Of a stretch of 64,000 nucleotides of DNA, positions 40,710 through 50,082 are shown in pieces (the stretch's first letter is position 1; every line of letters begins with the position of its first letter). The notes beneath the pieces were generated by a model. That model ran no database searches. It had not been told where the DNA came from and was given only the letters and a program-made list of their open reading frames with translations. The translations under genes were made by a program, and so were the position numbers. The stretch is from Bacilli bacterium (GTDB taxonomy: Bacteria; Bacillota_I; Bacilli_A; RFN20; CAG-826): contig DAOPYW010000002.1 in NCBI GenBank assembly GCA_035353055.1, positions 4,574-68,573 on the forward strand, written 5' to 3'.

Positions 40710-41981
40710 ATGGTACACAAAGATTTATCAATCACCTTCATGGGTGTTAAATTCCCAAATCCTTTCTGCTTATCTTCTTCGCCTGTCGGCAACTGCTACG
40801 ATATGTGCGCGAAGGCCTACGAATCAGGTTGGGGAGGCGTCGTATTTAAGACCATCGGTCCTAAGCACTATGTCATCGATGAAGTCTCTCCTCGCTTCGA
40901 TGCTTTAACCAAAGAAAACGAGCCATTTGTCGGCTTTAAAAACATGGAGCAAATCGCCGAGCATTCTCTCGAAGAGAACCTCGCCGATCTCCGCAAATTA
41001 AAAAAGAATTATCCCCATCAAGTCCTTATCGCATCCATCATGGGTAGCAATGAGGAAGATTGGGAAGTATTAGCTCGCTTAGTCACTGAAGCTGGCGCGG
41101 ACATGATTGAACTCAACTTCTCTTGCCCACAGATGACTTCGCACGCGATGGGTTCTGACGTTGGAAGCAACCCAGAACTATGCCGCAAATATTGCGCCGC
41201 TGTCCGCCGCGCAACAAAGTTACCATTCATGGCCAAGATGACACCTAATATCACTGATATGTGCGATCCTGCTATCGCCAGCTTAGAAGGCGGAGCGGAT
41301 GGCATCTCAGCCATCAACACCATCAAATCAATTATCAATGTTGATTTGGATAAGAAAGTCGGCTTGCCAATCATCAATGGCAAATCATCCATCTCTGGCT
41401 ATTCCGGAAAAGCCGTTAAACCAGTCGCCCTTCGTTTCATTCAACAGATGAGAAATCATCCCAAACTCAAGAATGCCGAAATCTCTGGCATCGGGGGAAT
41501 TGAAACCTGGGAAGATGCTGCCGAATTTATCTTATTAGGGTGCAAAAACTTGCAGATCACAACCGCTATCATGCAATATGGTTATCGCATTGTCGAAGAT
41601 CTATGCAATGGCTTAACCCATTATATGGATGAGCAAAAAGTTGACCATCTTGAAGATTTAGTGGGATTGGCCAATAAGAACCTCATCCCTGCTGAAGAGC
41701 TCGACCGCGACTATGTCGTCTATCCAGAGATTGATTTGGATAAGTGCGTTGGCTGTGGCCGCTGCGTCATCTCCTGCTATGATGGCGCCCACCAAGCGAT
41801 GGAATGGGATGAAGAAAAACGCCATCCAAGTTGTAACCATGATAAATGCGTCGGCTGCTTGCTGTGCGGATTAGTCTGCCCGACCGGAGCGATTAGCCTT
41901 GGCGAGAGAGTCTTGAAAAAAGGCCGCAAACCAAGAAACTTAGCGCGAATTGTCTTACAAGATTCCGTCGAAAAAATCTAA
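40710..41981 (+). CDS. preA: NAD-dependent dihydropyrimidine dehydrogenase subunit PreA (DHOD-like TIM barrel + 2x[4Fe-4S])
   Basis: DHOD-like core and two C-terminal ferredoxin CxxCxxCxxxCP motifs. Confidence 0.85.
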   Translation: MVHKDLSITFMGVKFPNPFCLSSSPVGNCYDMCAKAYESGWGGVVFKTIGPKHYVIDEVSPRFDALTKENEPFVGFKNMEQIAEHSLEENLADLRKLKKNYPHQVLIASIMGSNEEDWEVLARLVTEAGADMIELNFSCPQMTSHAMGSDVGSNPELCRKYCAAVRRATKLPFMAKMTPNITDMCDPAIASLEGGADGISAINTIKSIINVDLDKKVGLPIINGKSSISGYSGKAVKPVALRFIQQMRNHPKLKNAEISGIGGIETWEDAAEFILLGCKNLQITTAIMQYGYRIVEDLCNGLTHYMDEQKVDHLEDLVGLANKNLIPAEELDRDYVVYPEIDLDKCVGCGRCVISCYDGAHQAMEWDEEKRHPSCNHDKCVGCLLCGLVCPTGAISLGERVLKKGRKPRNLARIVLQDSVEKI

Positions 41982-41992
41982 TTTAATTGCTT

Positions 41993-42029
41993 GCCCATCG
42001 TTCGCATGACGATGGGCTTTTATTTAATT
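41993..42029 (+). terminator. Rho-independent terminator after preA
   Basis: gcccatcgt ... acgatgggc stem followed by ttttatttaatt. Confidence 0.55.
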
Positions 42030-42051
42030 AAAAGAAAGTGAAAATTTATTT

Positions 42052-42423
42052 ATGAAGACGTTCGGCAATATTTTATGGGCTATTTTCGTGGGATGGTGGT
42101 TGATGCTTTTCTTTGGATTTTGCGGAACCATTCTCTGCGTCACCATTCTATTCATTCCAATCGGACTCCAATATTTCAAATTGGCCCGCCTCGCTCTCTG
42201 GCCGTTTGGCTATGAACCAACATTTACGAAATTGACTGGCTTTAAGATGTTTCTCAATATCTTATGGGCTATCTTTTTTGGCTGGGAGAGCGCTTTATCT
42301 TGTTATATTATTGGTGGGATTCTATGCGTGACCATTCTCTTTATCCCTTGCGGCCTGCAAATGTTCAAATTTGGGCGATTGGTATTCTTGCCTCTCGGAA
42401 CCACAATTGAAAAGATGCAATAG
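42052..42423 (+). CDS. yccF: YccF-family inner membrane protein (two DUF307 repeats)
   Basis: Internal duplication NILWAIF(V/F)GW...ILCVTILFIP(I/C)GLQ.FK..RL..(W/L)P.G. Confidence 0.7.
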   Translation: MKTFGNILWAIFVGWWLMLFFGFCGTILCVTILFIPIGLQYFKLARLALWPFGYEPTFTKLTGFKMFLNILWAIFFGWESALSCYIIGGILCVTILFIPCGLQMFKFGRLVFLPLGTTIEKMQ

Positions 42424-42503
42424 CCAATCTAATCTTGAGAAACATACCCCATTTTTTATCTTTGTGATAAAATAACAACTAGTGTATTGCAGGAGGATTT
42501 TAT

Positions 42504-43073
42504 ATGCATTGTTGGCATGATGTTAAAGCCGGGAGAGTAACCCCTGATTCATTCCTCGCATTAATCGAAATTTCTAAGGGAAGCAAAAACAAATATGAGC
42601 TAGATAAAGAAACCGGCCATTTAATTTTGGATCGCGTTTTATTCACCTCTACTCACTATCCTCAAAACTACGGTTTCATTCCTCGCACTTTCGCGCGTGA
42701 TTTCGACCCTCTCGATGTCTTAGTGCTCTGCTCCGAAGCTATCCTTCCGATGGCTTTTGTGGAATGCACTCCCATCGGTGTCCTAATCATGATTGATAAT
42801 GGCCTTCCCGATGAAAAAATCATCGCCGTCGCCAAAAACGATCCCTTCTACAATCAATATAAAGATATCTCCGAGATTCCTGATCACATCATGGATGAAA
42901 TCAAACACTTCTTTGCCGTTTATAAAACCTTAGAGGGCAAAGATACCGCGATCGATGAAGTGAAAGATCGCGAAGCGGCAAAAGAGATTATCGTCGAATG
43001 CATTAAAGCCTATCATCATCAGATTGAACCAAAGGTTAATGCCGAAAGGAAAGCTCGCGGATTTACTCTATGA
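42504..43073 (+). CDS. ppa: Inorganic pyrophosphatase, family I
   Basis: Family I signature (KYE.DKETG, DPLDVLVL). Confidence 0.9.
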   Translation: MHCWHDVKAGRVTPDSFLALIEISKGSKNKYELDKETGHLILDRVLFTSTHYPQNYGFIPRTFARDFDPLDVLVLCSEAILPMAFVECTPIGVLIMIDNGLPDEKIIAVAKNDPFYNQYKDISEIPDHIMDEIKHFFAVYKTLEGKDTAIDEVKDREAAKEIIVECIKAYHHQIEPKVNAERKARGFTL

Positions 43074-43603
43074 TCCATGTCGTCTTGTTTCGTCCTGAAA
43101 AACCACAAAATACGGGAAATATCATGAGGACCTGTGTAGCCGTGCATGCGGCTCTTCACATTATTGGTCCTCTCTCTTTTTCTTTAGAGAGCAAGGATTT
43201 AAAGCGCGTCGGTTTAGATTACATCGATGACTTAAAACTTTTCTATTACCCTGATTATCAAGATTTTCAAATGAAGCATCCGGATGAAAAAATCTTTTAT
43301 GTCACACGCTACGCTAATCGCAGTTATTCCACTTTTAATTTCTCGGATCCAGTGAAAGATTACTTCATTATGTTTGGAAGAGAGTCTACCGGCATTCCTC
43401 ACGAGATTTTACGTGATCACCCAGACTACTTATTGCGTTTGCCGATGGTTCCCGAAGCGAGAAGCTTAAACCTTTCCAACTGCGTCGCTGTTTTAGTGTA
43501 CGAAATCTTGCGGCAGCAAAACTTCCTGAATTTGTCGACTAGTGAATCAATCAAAGGCGAAGATTTTTTGAATAAAGAAAATAAAGGCATCGATGAAAAA
43601 TAA
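43070..43603 (+). CDS. trmL: tRNA (cytidine/uridine-2'-O)-methyltransferase, SpoU/TrmL type
   Basis: SPOUT fold motifs (PQNTGNIMRTC, LNLSN.VA). 4-nt overlap with ppa. Confidence 0.75.
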   Translation: MIHVVLFRPEKPQNTGNIMRTCVAVHAALHIIGPLSFSLESKDLKRVGLDYIDDLKLFYYPDYQDFQMKHPDEKIFYVTRYANRSYSTFNFSDPVKDYFIMFGRESTGIPHEILRDHPDYLLRLPMVPEARSLNLSNCVAVLVYEILRQQNFLNLSTSESIKGEDFLNKENKGIDEK

Positions 43604-44057
43604 ATTTGCCTTACTTTTTCTATCGATATTACTGACGGGTTGTCATTCCTATCAAGGACCTTATTTTTATGTTGCTTATGATGCCAACCCCCGCTACATT
43701 TTGTGGGAAACCGTTAGCGAAATGTCTGAGACGGTTGATAGCGCATCAAACTTGATTTTCGTTCTTGGAGTCTCTAATTGCAGCCACTGCATTGAATTAA
43801 AAGAGACATTGCCCGATTATTTGACCGGCAAAAAGTTTTCCATCTATCACATCGATTATGATGCGTCGATAAAAACCGCGGAAGATTACGGCGTTCTTCT
43901 AAATATTACCAATGGTGGAGAGGAACAATTTCTTCCAGCCTATCAAGAGAATTTTTATGTCCCAAAAATGTTTGTTATAGAAAACAAAGTCGCTGTTTAT
44001 TTAATTGATAAGAATTTTACTCAGACGCTTGATGATTGCATCAAAGTCAATTGCTAA
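43593..44057 (+). CDS. Thioredoxin-like CxxC lipoprotein (paralogue of 34717..35547)
   Basis: Lipobox LLTGC, CSHC motif. Overlaps trmL by 11 nt and the convergent rqcH-like gene by 11 nt. Confidence 0.5.
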   Translation: MKNKFALLFLSILLTGCHSYQGPYFYVAYDANPRYILWETVSEMSETVDSASNLIFVLGVSNCSHCIELKETLPDYLTGKKFSIYHIDYDASIKTAEDYGVLLNITNGGEEQFLPAYQENFYVPKMFVIENKVAVYLIDKNFTQTLDDCIKVNC

Positions 44058-45438
44058 CTTTTTGATAGTTGCTTAATAGTCCAAATGTTTCGCGCCTGAT
44101 ATTTTTGATGGTTAAAGCTTTCGAATGAAGAATATTTACCTGTCCAACTTTTGGAGATTTCTTAACCTCTTTAACTTGAGCAAAATTAATTTCTCCCGAA
44201 GTTTTATTTGAAAGAATTAAGCACATTTCGCCAGCGATTAACATCTGATCATCAGTTGGGCTGGAACTATTGATAACGACATGAGAGCCGGGATAATCTT
44301 TGATGTGAAAAAACCAATCTAACGGCTGAGCGATTTTAAAGGTAATTTGTTCGTTTTGTTTTGCGTTTTTGCCAAAATAGATTTTGGTCTTATCTTTTAA
44401 TACATATGCAATTCCCGCTTTTTCTGTGCTCTTTTTGAGATTATTGGTTTCAAATAGATGAGGTGCTTCCTGGAGGGCCAATTCGTTAAGTTCTGGAATA
44501 CTCATATATTTTGATTGCCCTAATAGAACATCAAGCTTTTGAATTTCTCCGAGAGCTTTTTGCCGCTCTTCTTCAGCCATTTGGATTGTTCTTTTGGCTT
44601 TCTTATACTTTTTAAAATAATGATTAGCGTTGACACCGATGCTCATTTTTTCATCGTAATTTAATTGATGATTTTTAACGTACAAAAGCGCATCTTCTAA
44701 ATTACCATTAAGCGATAATAACATGTTGCCATGCTCTAAATAAAGCAGATCTTTTTGAGCGTTTTCGATTTCCTCTTTTAGAATAATTTCTTTTTTTGCG
44801 AGGCTTTTTGAGCGGCTTTTAAAATATCGAAAAAGAGGAGCGAATCGCTCTTGATGCTGCCGGTTTGAAGCTTCCATCAATTTTTCTTCCGCCGCATTTT
44901 TAATTTCTGATAAGTCCACGCTTTCAATTGCTGGCTGATAGCTGCTATTTTTTATTGGCAGTTCATATAGCAGACCTCTCATTAATGGGCGGGATTTCTC
45001 TAAAGAATTTTCATGCACTGCGAAAATTATTTTGTGGTTTTCATCAGCGATAATTAAATTGGGCTTTGTGGGAATAAGCTCAATGATTAAGTTCTTTTTA
45101 ATTTTTTCAAATACATCGTTAGTTTTTAAAATGCTCATTTTCACAATTCGGTCATCATTCAGCATTTCAATATCGGTAATAAGGCCATCCTTAATTTCTT
45201 TTCTCGCGCTCTCATTAATGCGACCCGACATCGTAGGAAAAGACATTTGGCTATCGACAAAATACATAAAAGGAGACTGGTGATTTAAAGATAAAAAAAG
45301 CCTCTCTTCGCGATATTTGGAAAAGGATATAAGAATGTCGGTGCTGCTGATAACTGAGATGTTGCTAATGTAGTTATTCGCAATCTTGGCCTTCAAATTA
45401 TCGATAATGCTCTTTAATGCCGAAAAAGTCAGTTTCAT
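44047..45438 (-). CDS. NFACT-domain protein (FbpA/RqcH-like ribosome quality control factor), short form
   Basis: N-terminal NFACT-N-like region, central coiled coil, C-terminal DYPGSHVVI (NFACT-R). 463 aa. Confidence 0.6.
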   Translation of the reverse strand: MKLTFSALKSIIDNLKAKIANNYISNISVISSTDILISFSKYREERLFLSLNHQSPFMYFVDSQMSFPTMSGRINESARKEIKDGLITDIEMLNDDRIVKMSILKTNDVFEKIKKNLIIELIPTKPNLIIADENHKIIFAVHENSLEKSRPLMRGLLYELPIKNSSYQPAIESVDLSEIKNAAEEKLMEASNRQHQERFAPLFRYFKSRSKSLAKKEIILKEEIENAQKDLLYLEHGNMLLSLNGNLEDALLYVKNHQLNYDEKMSIGVNANHYFKKYKKAKRTIQMAEEERQKALGEIQKLDVLLGQSKYMSIPELNELALQEAPHLFETNNLKKSTEKAGIAYVLKDKTKIYFGKNAKQNEQITFKIAQPLDWFFHIKDYPGSHVVINSSSPTDDQMLIAGEMCLILSNKTSGEINFAQVKEVKKSPKVGQVNILHSKALTIKNIRRETFGLLSNYQKVSN

Positions 45439-45460
45439 TGCCCATATTTTAGCATATTAG

Positions 45461-45490
45461 TTGGACTTAGTATAAATATGTATTTATAAT
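45461..45490 (+). promoter_or_regulatory. Putative sigma-70-type promoter for gmk (TTGGAC ~17-18 nt TATAAT)
   Basis: Consensus-like hexamers in the 67-bp divergent intergenic region. Confidence 0.3.
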
Positions 45491-45505
45491 TAACGCATAC
45501 GAATT

Positions 45506-46087
45506 ATGAAAAAAGGATTGCTAATTATTCTCAGCGGACCTTCCGGAGTAGGAAAAGGGACGATCAGGAAGCGTATCATGAAAAATGGTAAGCTAAATTT
45601 GAGCTACTCGATTTCTATGACCACCCGCCATCCTCGCAATATGGAGCAAGATGGTGTTGACTACTATTTTGTCACGCCAGAAGAATTCCAACGGAATATC
45701 GACAATCACAACTTTCTCGAATGGGCTGAGTTTGTTGGAAACCGCTACGGAACGCCAATCGACAAAGTGACCGAACAACGCGAGCAAGGAAAAAATGTTT
45801 TTCTTGAAATTGAAATCAATGGAGCGGAACAAGTCCTTTCAAAGGTAAAAGACGAAGGCGTTATCTCTTTCTTTTTGATGCCTCCATCTCTTAAAGCCTT
45901 AGAGAAAAGAATCCGCAACCGCCGCAGCGAATCAGAAGAGATAATTCAAGAGCGCCTCGCCAAAGGTCAAAAAGAAATGACTATGACGCAGCATTATGAT
46001 CACATCGTCATGAATGACCGAGTTGGAAGGGCAGCTTCAGAAATAACCCATTTAATCTTGAAAAAAATGCACCAGACAAAAGCTTAG
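45506..46087 (+). CDS. gmk: Guanylate kinase
   Basis: GPSGVGKGT P-loop and GMP-binding region. Confidence 0.9.
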   Translation: MKKGLLIILSGPSGVGKGTIRKRIMKNGKLNLSYSISMTTRHPRNMEQDGVDYYFVTPEEFQRNIDNHNFLEWAEFVGNRYGTPIDKVTEQREQGKNVFLEIEINGAEQVLSKVKDEGVISFFLMPPSLKALEKRIRNRRSESEEIIQERLAKGQKEMTMTQHYDHIVMNDRVGRAASEITHLILKKMHQTKA

Positions 46088-46099
46088 GACGAACTCGAA

Positions 46100-48295
46100 A
46101 TGCGAATAGTACAACTCTTCATTGAATATGCTAGTCACACGTTGGATCGTCCTTTTTCTTATCTCTATAAAGGGAATAAAAATCTCGGTCCAGGTTTTCG
46201 AGTGCTGGTGAACTTTAATCATCGCCAATTGGTCGGATATGTTCTATCGGTAAAAGAAAGCAATGCTTCTGCTGAACAATTAGAAGAAGAGACAGGCTAT
46301 CACCTCGACTATCTTGTCGATGTCATCGATGATGCGCCACTCCTCAACGAAGACTTAATTTCGCTCGCTAAGCGAGTTTCCGAATATTACCTAGCTCCTT
46401 TTATCAGCGTGCTTCAATCGATGCTTCCTCCCTCTTTATCGCCAAGAAAGTCATCTCTTAGAGCTCCAAAAATTGCCTATGACCAATATCTATCAATCAA
46501 TCATTACAGCGAAGAAAGCTTAACCGATAAGCAAACAGAAATCCTCCGCTTGATTAAAAAAGAAAGAAAAATACTCAAAAGAGAAGTCGGGTCTCCAAGC
46601 GTGGTGGAGAAATTGCTCTCTCGAGGGCTAATCAAAATTGTCAAAAAAGAAAAAAGGCGACTAGCGATTCCTAACTATGAATATCAAAAGCCACCTTTAT
46701 TAACCGCTGATCAGCAAAAGGTAATCGATGAATTTAATAATAGCAGCGACCCCGTCTTTCTTTTGCAGGGAGTAACTGGCAGCGGCAAAACTGAAGTATA
46801 TTTGACTCTTTGCGACGAAGAGCTTAAAAAAGGGCATAGCGTCTTATTCTTAGTTCCCGAGATTTCGCTCACTCCGATGATGATGGAATATTTCATTCGG
46901 CGATTTGAACATCAAGTCGCAATTTTGCATAGCGAGCTCACTCCCGCCGAAAAATACGATGAATATCGAAAGATTGCTCGCGGGGAAGCGCGAGTCGTAA
47001 TTGGCGCTCGCAGCGCGATTTTCGCTCCGCTAGCTAATATTGGTCTCATCATCCTTGACGAAGAGCACGTCGAATCCTATAAGCAAGATTCCATCCCTTT
47101 TTATCACGCTCGAGAAGTGGCTATTATGCGCGGAGAAATGCATCACTCAAAAGTGCTTTTAGGCAGTGCTACCCCCTCTTTAGAGTCCCGAGCAAGAGGC
47201 AAAAATGGAGTCTATCATCTCTTGCGACTAGACAAGCGCATCAATGAGCAGAAATTACCAGCCACCAAGATTATCAATTTAGCGGATTATCACAATATTG
47301 ACCGCGATTCTTATATCTTTTCTATTCCCTTGCGGGAAAAGCTATCTGCCGTGCTCAAAGCTCGTCAACAAGCGATTCTATTGATTAATAGAAGGGGCTT
47401 TTCGACCAGTGTTTCTTGCCGCAACTGCGGATATGTTTTTCGCTGCCCAACCTGCGGGATTGCTTTAACCTTTCACAAGAGCGATAACATGCTCAAATGC
47501 CATCATTGCGACTACGTGCAAGTAATGCCTGATACTTGCCCAAAATGCGGGTCAAAATATCTGATGAAAACCGGTTTTGGTACCGAGAGGATTCAAGATG
47601 AAGTCCACCGCCTATTTCCTGAAGCTAAGACATTGCGGCTAGATAGCGATTCCGCTAAGGTTCGCAACAAAATCCCTTCAATTATTGAATCTTTTCGAAA
47701 AAAAGAGGCCGATATTTTGATTGGCACTCAGATGATTGCAAAAGGCCATGACTTTCCTGATGTTACTCTCGTCGGCATCGTCCTAGCGGATATTGGCTTA
47801 TCCATGCCTTCTTTTCGCAGCTCCGAAAGAGTCTTTCAATTAATCACTCAAGCGGTTGGCAGATCAGGCCGAAGCGACAAAGTCGGACAAGCAATAATTC
47901 AAACCTACAATCCTATGCATTATGCGATTACATATGGCGCTCGTCAAGACTATGAAGGCTTCTTCAATAAAGAGATGGGAATGCGCAAATTGCAAAACTA
48001 TCCACCTTACTATTTTTTAACGAGCCTCACCGTTTCTGGAAAGAAAGAAGAGACTGTCATTTCCCACACTTATAGCGTGGTCGATTATTTGAATGAACAC
48101 CTTGGCGACAAAGCGATTATTCTCGGCCCAACCACCCCCTACATCGCGAGAGACCACCTTCAGTTTTTGCGAACTGTTCTGATTAAATACCGCGACTATT
48201 TAGCGATCCAAAATACTCTTAAGGAATTGATAGAAATCTATGCCAAAAAATCAAGCATCGACATCTCAATCAATATTGACCCATACAATTTTTAA
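46100..48295 (+). CDS. priA: Primosomal protein N' (PriA helicase)
   Basis: GVTGSGKTEVY Walker A, DEEH, Cys4 zinc-binding cluster (CRNCGY...CPTCG...CHHCDY...CPKCG). Confidence 0.9.
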   Translation: MRIVQLFIEYASHTLDRPFSYLYKGNKNLGPGFRVLVNFNHRQLVGYVLSVKESNASAEQLEEETGYHLDYLVDVIDDAPLLNEDLISLAKRVSEYYLAPFISVLQSMLPPSLSPRKSSLRAPKIAYDQYLSINHYSEESLTDKQTEILRLIKKERKILKREVGSPSVVEKLLSRGLIKIVKKEKRRLAIPNYEYQKPPLLTADQQKVIDEFNNSSDPVFLLQGVTGSGKTEVYLTLCDEELKKGHSVLFLVPEISLTPMMMEYFIRRFEHQVAILHSELTPAEKYDEYRKIARGEARVVIGARSAIFAPLANIGLIILDEEHVESYKQDSIPFYHAREVAIMRGEMHHSKVLLGSATPSLESRARGKNGVYHLLRLDKRINEQKLPATKIINLADYHNIDRDSYIFSIPLREKLSAVLKARQQAILLINRRGFSTSVSCRNCGYVFRCPTCGIALTFHKSDNMLKCHHCDYVQVMPDTCPKCGSKYLMKTGFGTERIQDEVHRLFPEAKTLRLDSDSAKVRNKIPSIIESFRKKEADILIGTQMIAKGHDFPDVTLVGIVLADIGLSMPSFRSSERVFQLITQAVGRSGRSDKVGQAIIQTYNPMHYAITYGARQDYEGFFNKEMGMRKLQNYPPYYFLTSLTVSGKKEETVISHTYSVVDYLNEHLGDKAIILGPTTPYIARDHLQFLRTVLIKYRDYLAIQNTLKELIEIYAKKSSIDISINIDPYNF

Positions 48296-48313
48296 CAAAA
48301 AATTAGTATTATA

Positions 48314-48805
48314 TTGTATTATATAAACTCGAAGGAGCAATTTATGATTACACTTATTTTCTATGGTCTCGATCAATTTGTGGTTGGCCATTTATCTCGC
48401 GAACTAACTCCCCTAGTGGCTAAGCTATATGAGGTCGAGGAGGATGAGGTCAATTTCATCGCTCCCAATGACATGGTTTTTCATAAAGGGACCGAACAAA
48501 CTTCATGGAATTTACTGATTCATGTTCATGCTCCAATGAAGGTCAGCGTCTTGCAAGATATGATGGCTAATCTCCTCTTAAACGGCATCGGCGAAGTCGC
48601 GATTCATACCGCGGTGGAATTCTATTATTATTCTCAGGACAATCGCTACCAAAAAATCAATGATAAATATCCACGCTATATCACGGAAGAGAATCTCGTC
48701 TCCACCGACACGGAAGACGTCGATGAAGAGGAGCTTGAAGAAGGCGAAGAAGATGACCAGATTTATACTGGCGATGTCTTCAAGGATTTTAAACCAGGTA
48801 AATAA
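48314..48805 (+). CDS. Hypothetical protein with acidic C-terminal tail (start possibly at 48344)
   Basis: 163 aa. C-terminal DTEDVDEEELEEGEEDD. Occupies the position where def/fmt are normally found. Confidence 0.4.
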   Translation: MYYINSKEQFMITLIFYGLDQFVVGHLSRELTPLVAKLYEVEEDEVNFIAPNDMVFHKGTEQTSWNLLIHVHAPMKVSVLQDMMANLLLNGIGEVAIHTAVEFYYYSQDNRYQKINDKYPRYITEENLVSTDTEDVDEEELEEGEEDDQIYTGDVFKDFKPGK

Positions 48806-50082
48806 TGAATAAGATAGTTGCTTTATCATCAGAAATACTTCGCGCCATTCTCGAAAAGAATCTTCCTTTTAATCTAGCGATTCGAAGCATCTTAAAAGAT
48901 GAAAAGATCACTCCCATCGAGAGGAGCGAGGTCAATAAATGCGTCGGCTGCTCTCTCCGCCATTACTACATTTTTACTTATCTTTCCGAGAAGACCTTTG
49001 GCTCCTTAGAGATCGAGAATAAAATCATTGCTTTGCTTTATTTTTCTAATCGGCTTTTTATTCGCTCTGTTCCGATGGAAGAAATGAGCCAAATTTTAGT
49101 CGAAAGCATCTCGCAAGTGGAGAGATTCAAAACTCAAGATGTCGCGAAGATCGTTGCCAGCATCGATGTGAATACCGAAAACCTCATCCCTTCCGAAATC
49201 AACAAGGAATCTCCGGATTTCTTATCTTACCGCTATAACACTCCTCTGTGGCTTGTCAAGATGTGGATTAAGCATTATGGTGAGCATTTGACATATCGCA
49301 TTTTACGTAGTAACTCTCGTCCATCCAGCAGTTTTTGCTTAGTGAATAAGGAAGCGCACACCGAAGAAGAATTATTGAATAAATACTCTGATTTAGCCCC
49401 CACCGCCTTTCCTGATTTTGTCATGCCAAAGGAAAAGGCTAACATCAAAAAGCATATAGCTTTCTCTAAAAAAGAGATCATTGATATCTCCCCGTCTATC
49501 TATGAAGTATTTTCACAAGCGGATATCGATCCAATTAGGGGAATTGCCATCTATTCAAACTACCCAAACAATGCATTTCTCTGCTTGATGAATAAGTTTT
49601 CTCGCGATGTCAAATTTGACCTAGTTATCGGCGACGCTCAAGCATTTTTTGCCAGCAAGAAAACCATCATGAGTTTTAATCTTAAAAACGCTTCATTTTT
49701 CGAAGCTGACCCCTCACAGATTATCACCTGCATCTCAAAACCAGTCCACACCTTCTTTTTATTCCCTGATAGTTCCAAATTGTCTCTCTTAAAATCAACC
49801 CCTGATTATTTCTTGCGGTTCACCGCGGATCAATTGGATGGGATTATTAAATCTCAAGAATTGGCTCTCGAGGAATGCGGCGCTCTTGTCGAAGAGGGCG
49901 GACAACTGATCTATGCTATTCCCACAATCAACAAAAAAGAATCTCGCAGACTAATCAAGCGGTTCATTGAAAATAACCCGTCTTTCTCGCTCGTAGTGGA
50001 CAAGCAAATTTTCCCATTCAGCGAATATGAAGATAGCTTATTTTTTGCCATATTAAAAAAAGAGGTCAGCAAGGATGCTTAA
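48805..50082 (+). CDS. RsmB/Sun-like protein, degenerate (NusB-like N-domain present; SAM-binding and catalytic Cys motifs not recognisable)
   Basis: RsmB-like N-terminal and linker regions (SYRYNTPLWLVKMW...YG). The canonical (D/E)xCAAPGGKT, DAPCSG and TCS motifs are absent. Confidence 0.55.
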   Translation: MNKIVALSSEILRAILEKNLPFNLAIRSILKDEKITPIERSEVNKCVGCSLRHYYIFTYLSEKTFGSLEIENKIIALLYFSNRLFIRSVPMEEMSQILVESISQVERFKTQDVAKIVASIDVNTENLIPSEINKESPDFLSYRYNTPLWLVKMWIKHYGEHLTYRILRSNSRPSSSFCLVNKEAHTEEELLNKYSDLAPTAFPDFVMPKEKANIKKHIAFSKKEIIDISPSIYEVFSQADIDPIRGIAIYSNYPNNAFLCLMNKFSRDVKFDLVIGDAQAFFASKKTIMSFNLKNASFFEADPSQIITCISKPVHTFFLFPDSSKLSLLKSTPDYFLRFTADQLDGIIKSQELALEECGALVEEGGQLIYAIPTINKKESRRLIKRFIENNPSFSLVVDKQIFPFSEYEDSLFFAILKKEVSKDA

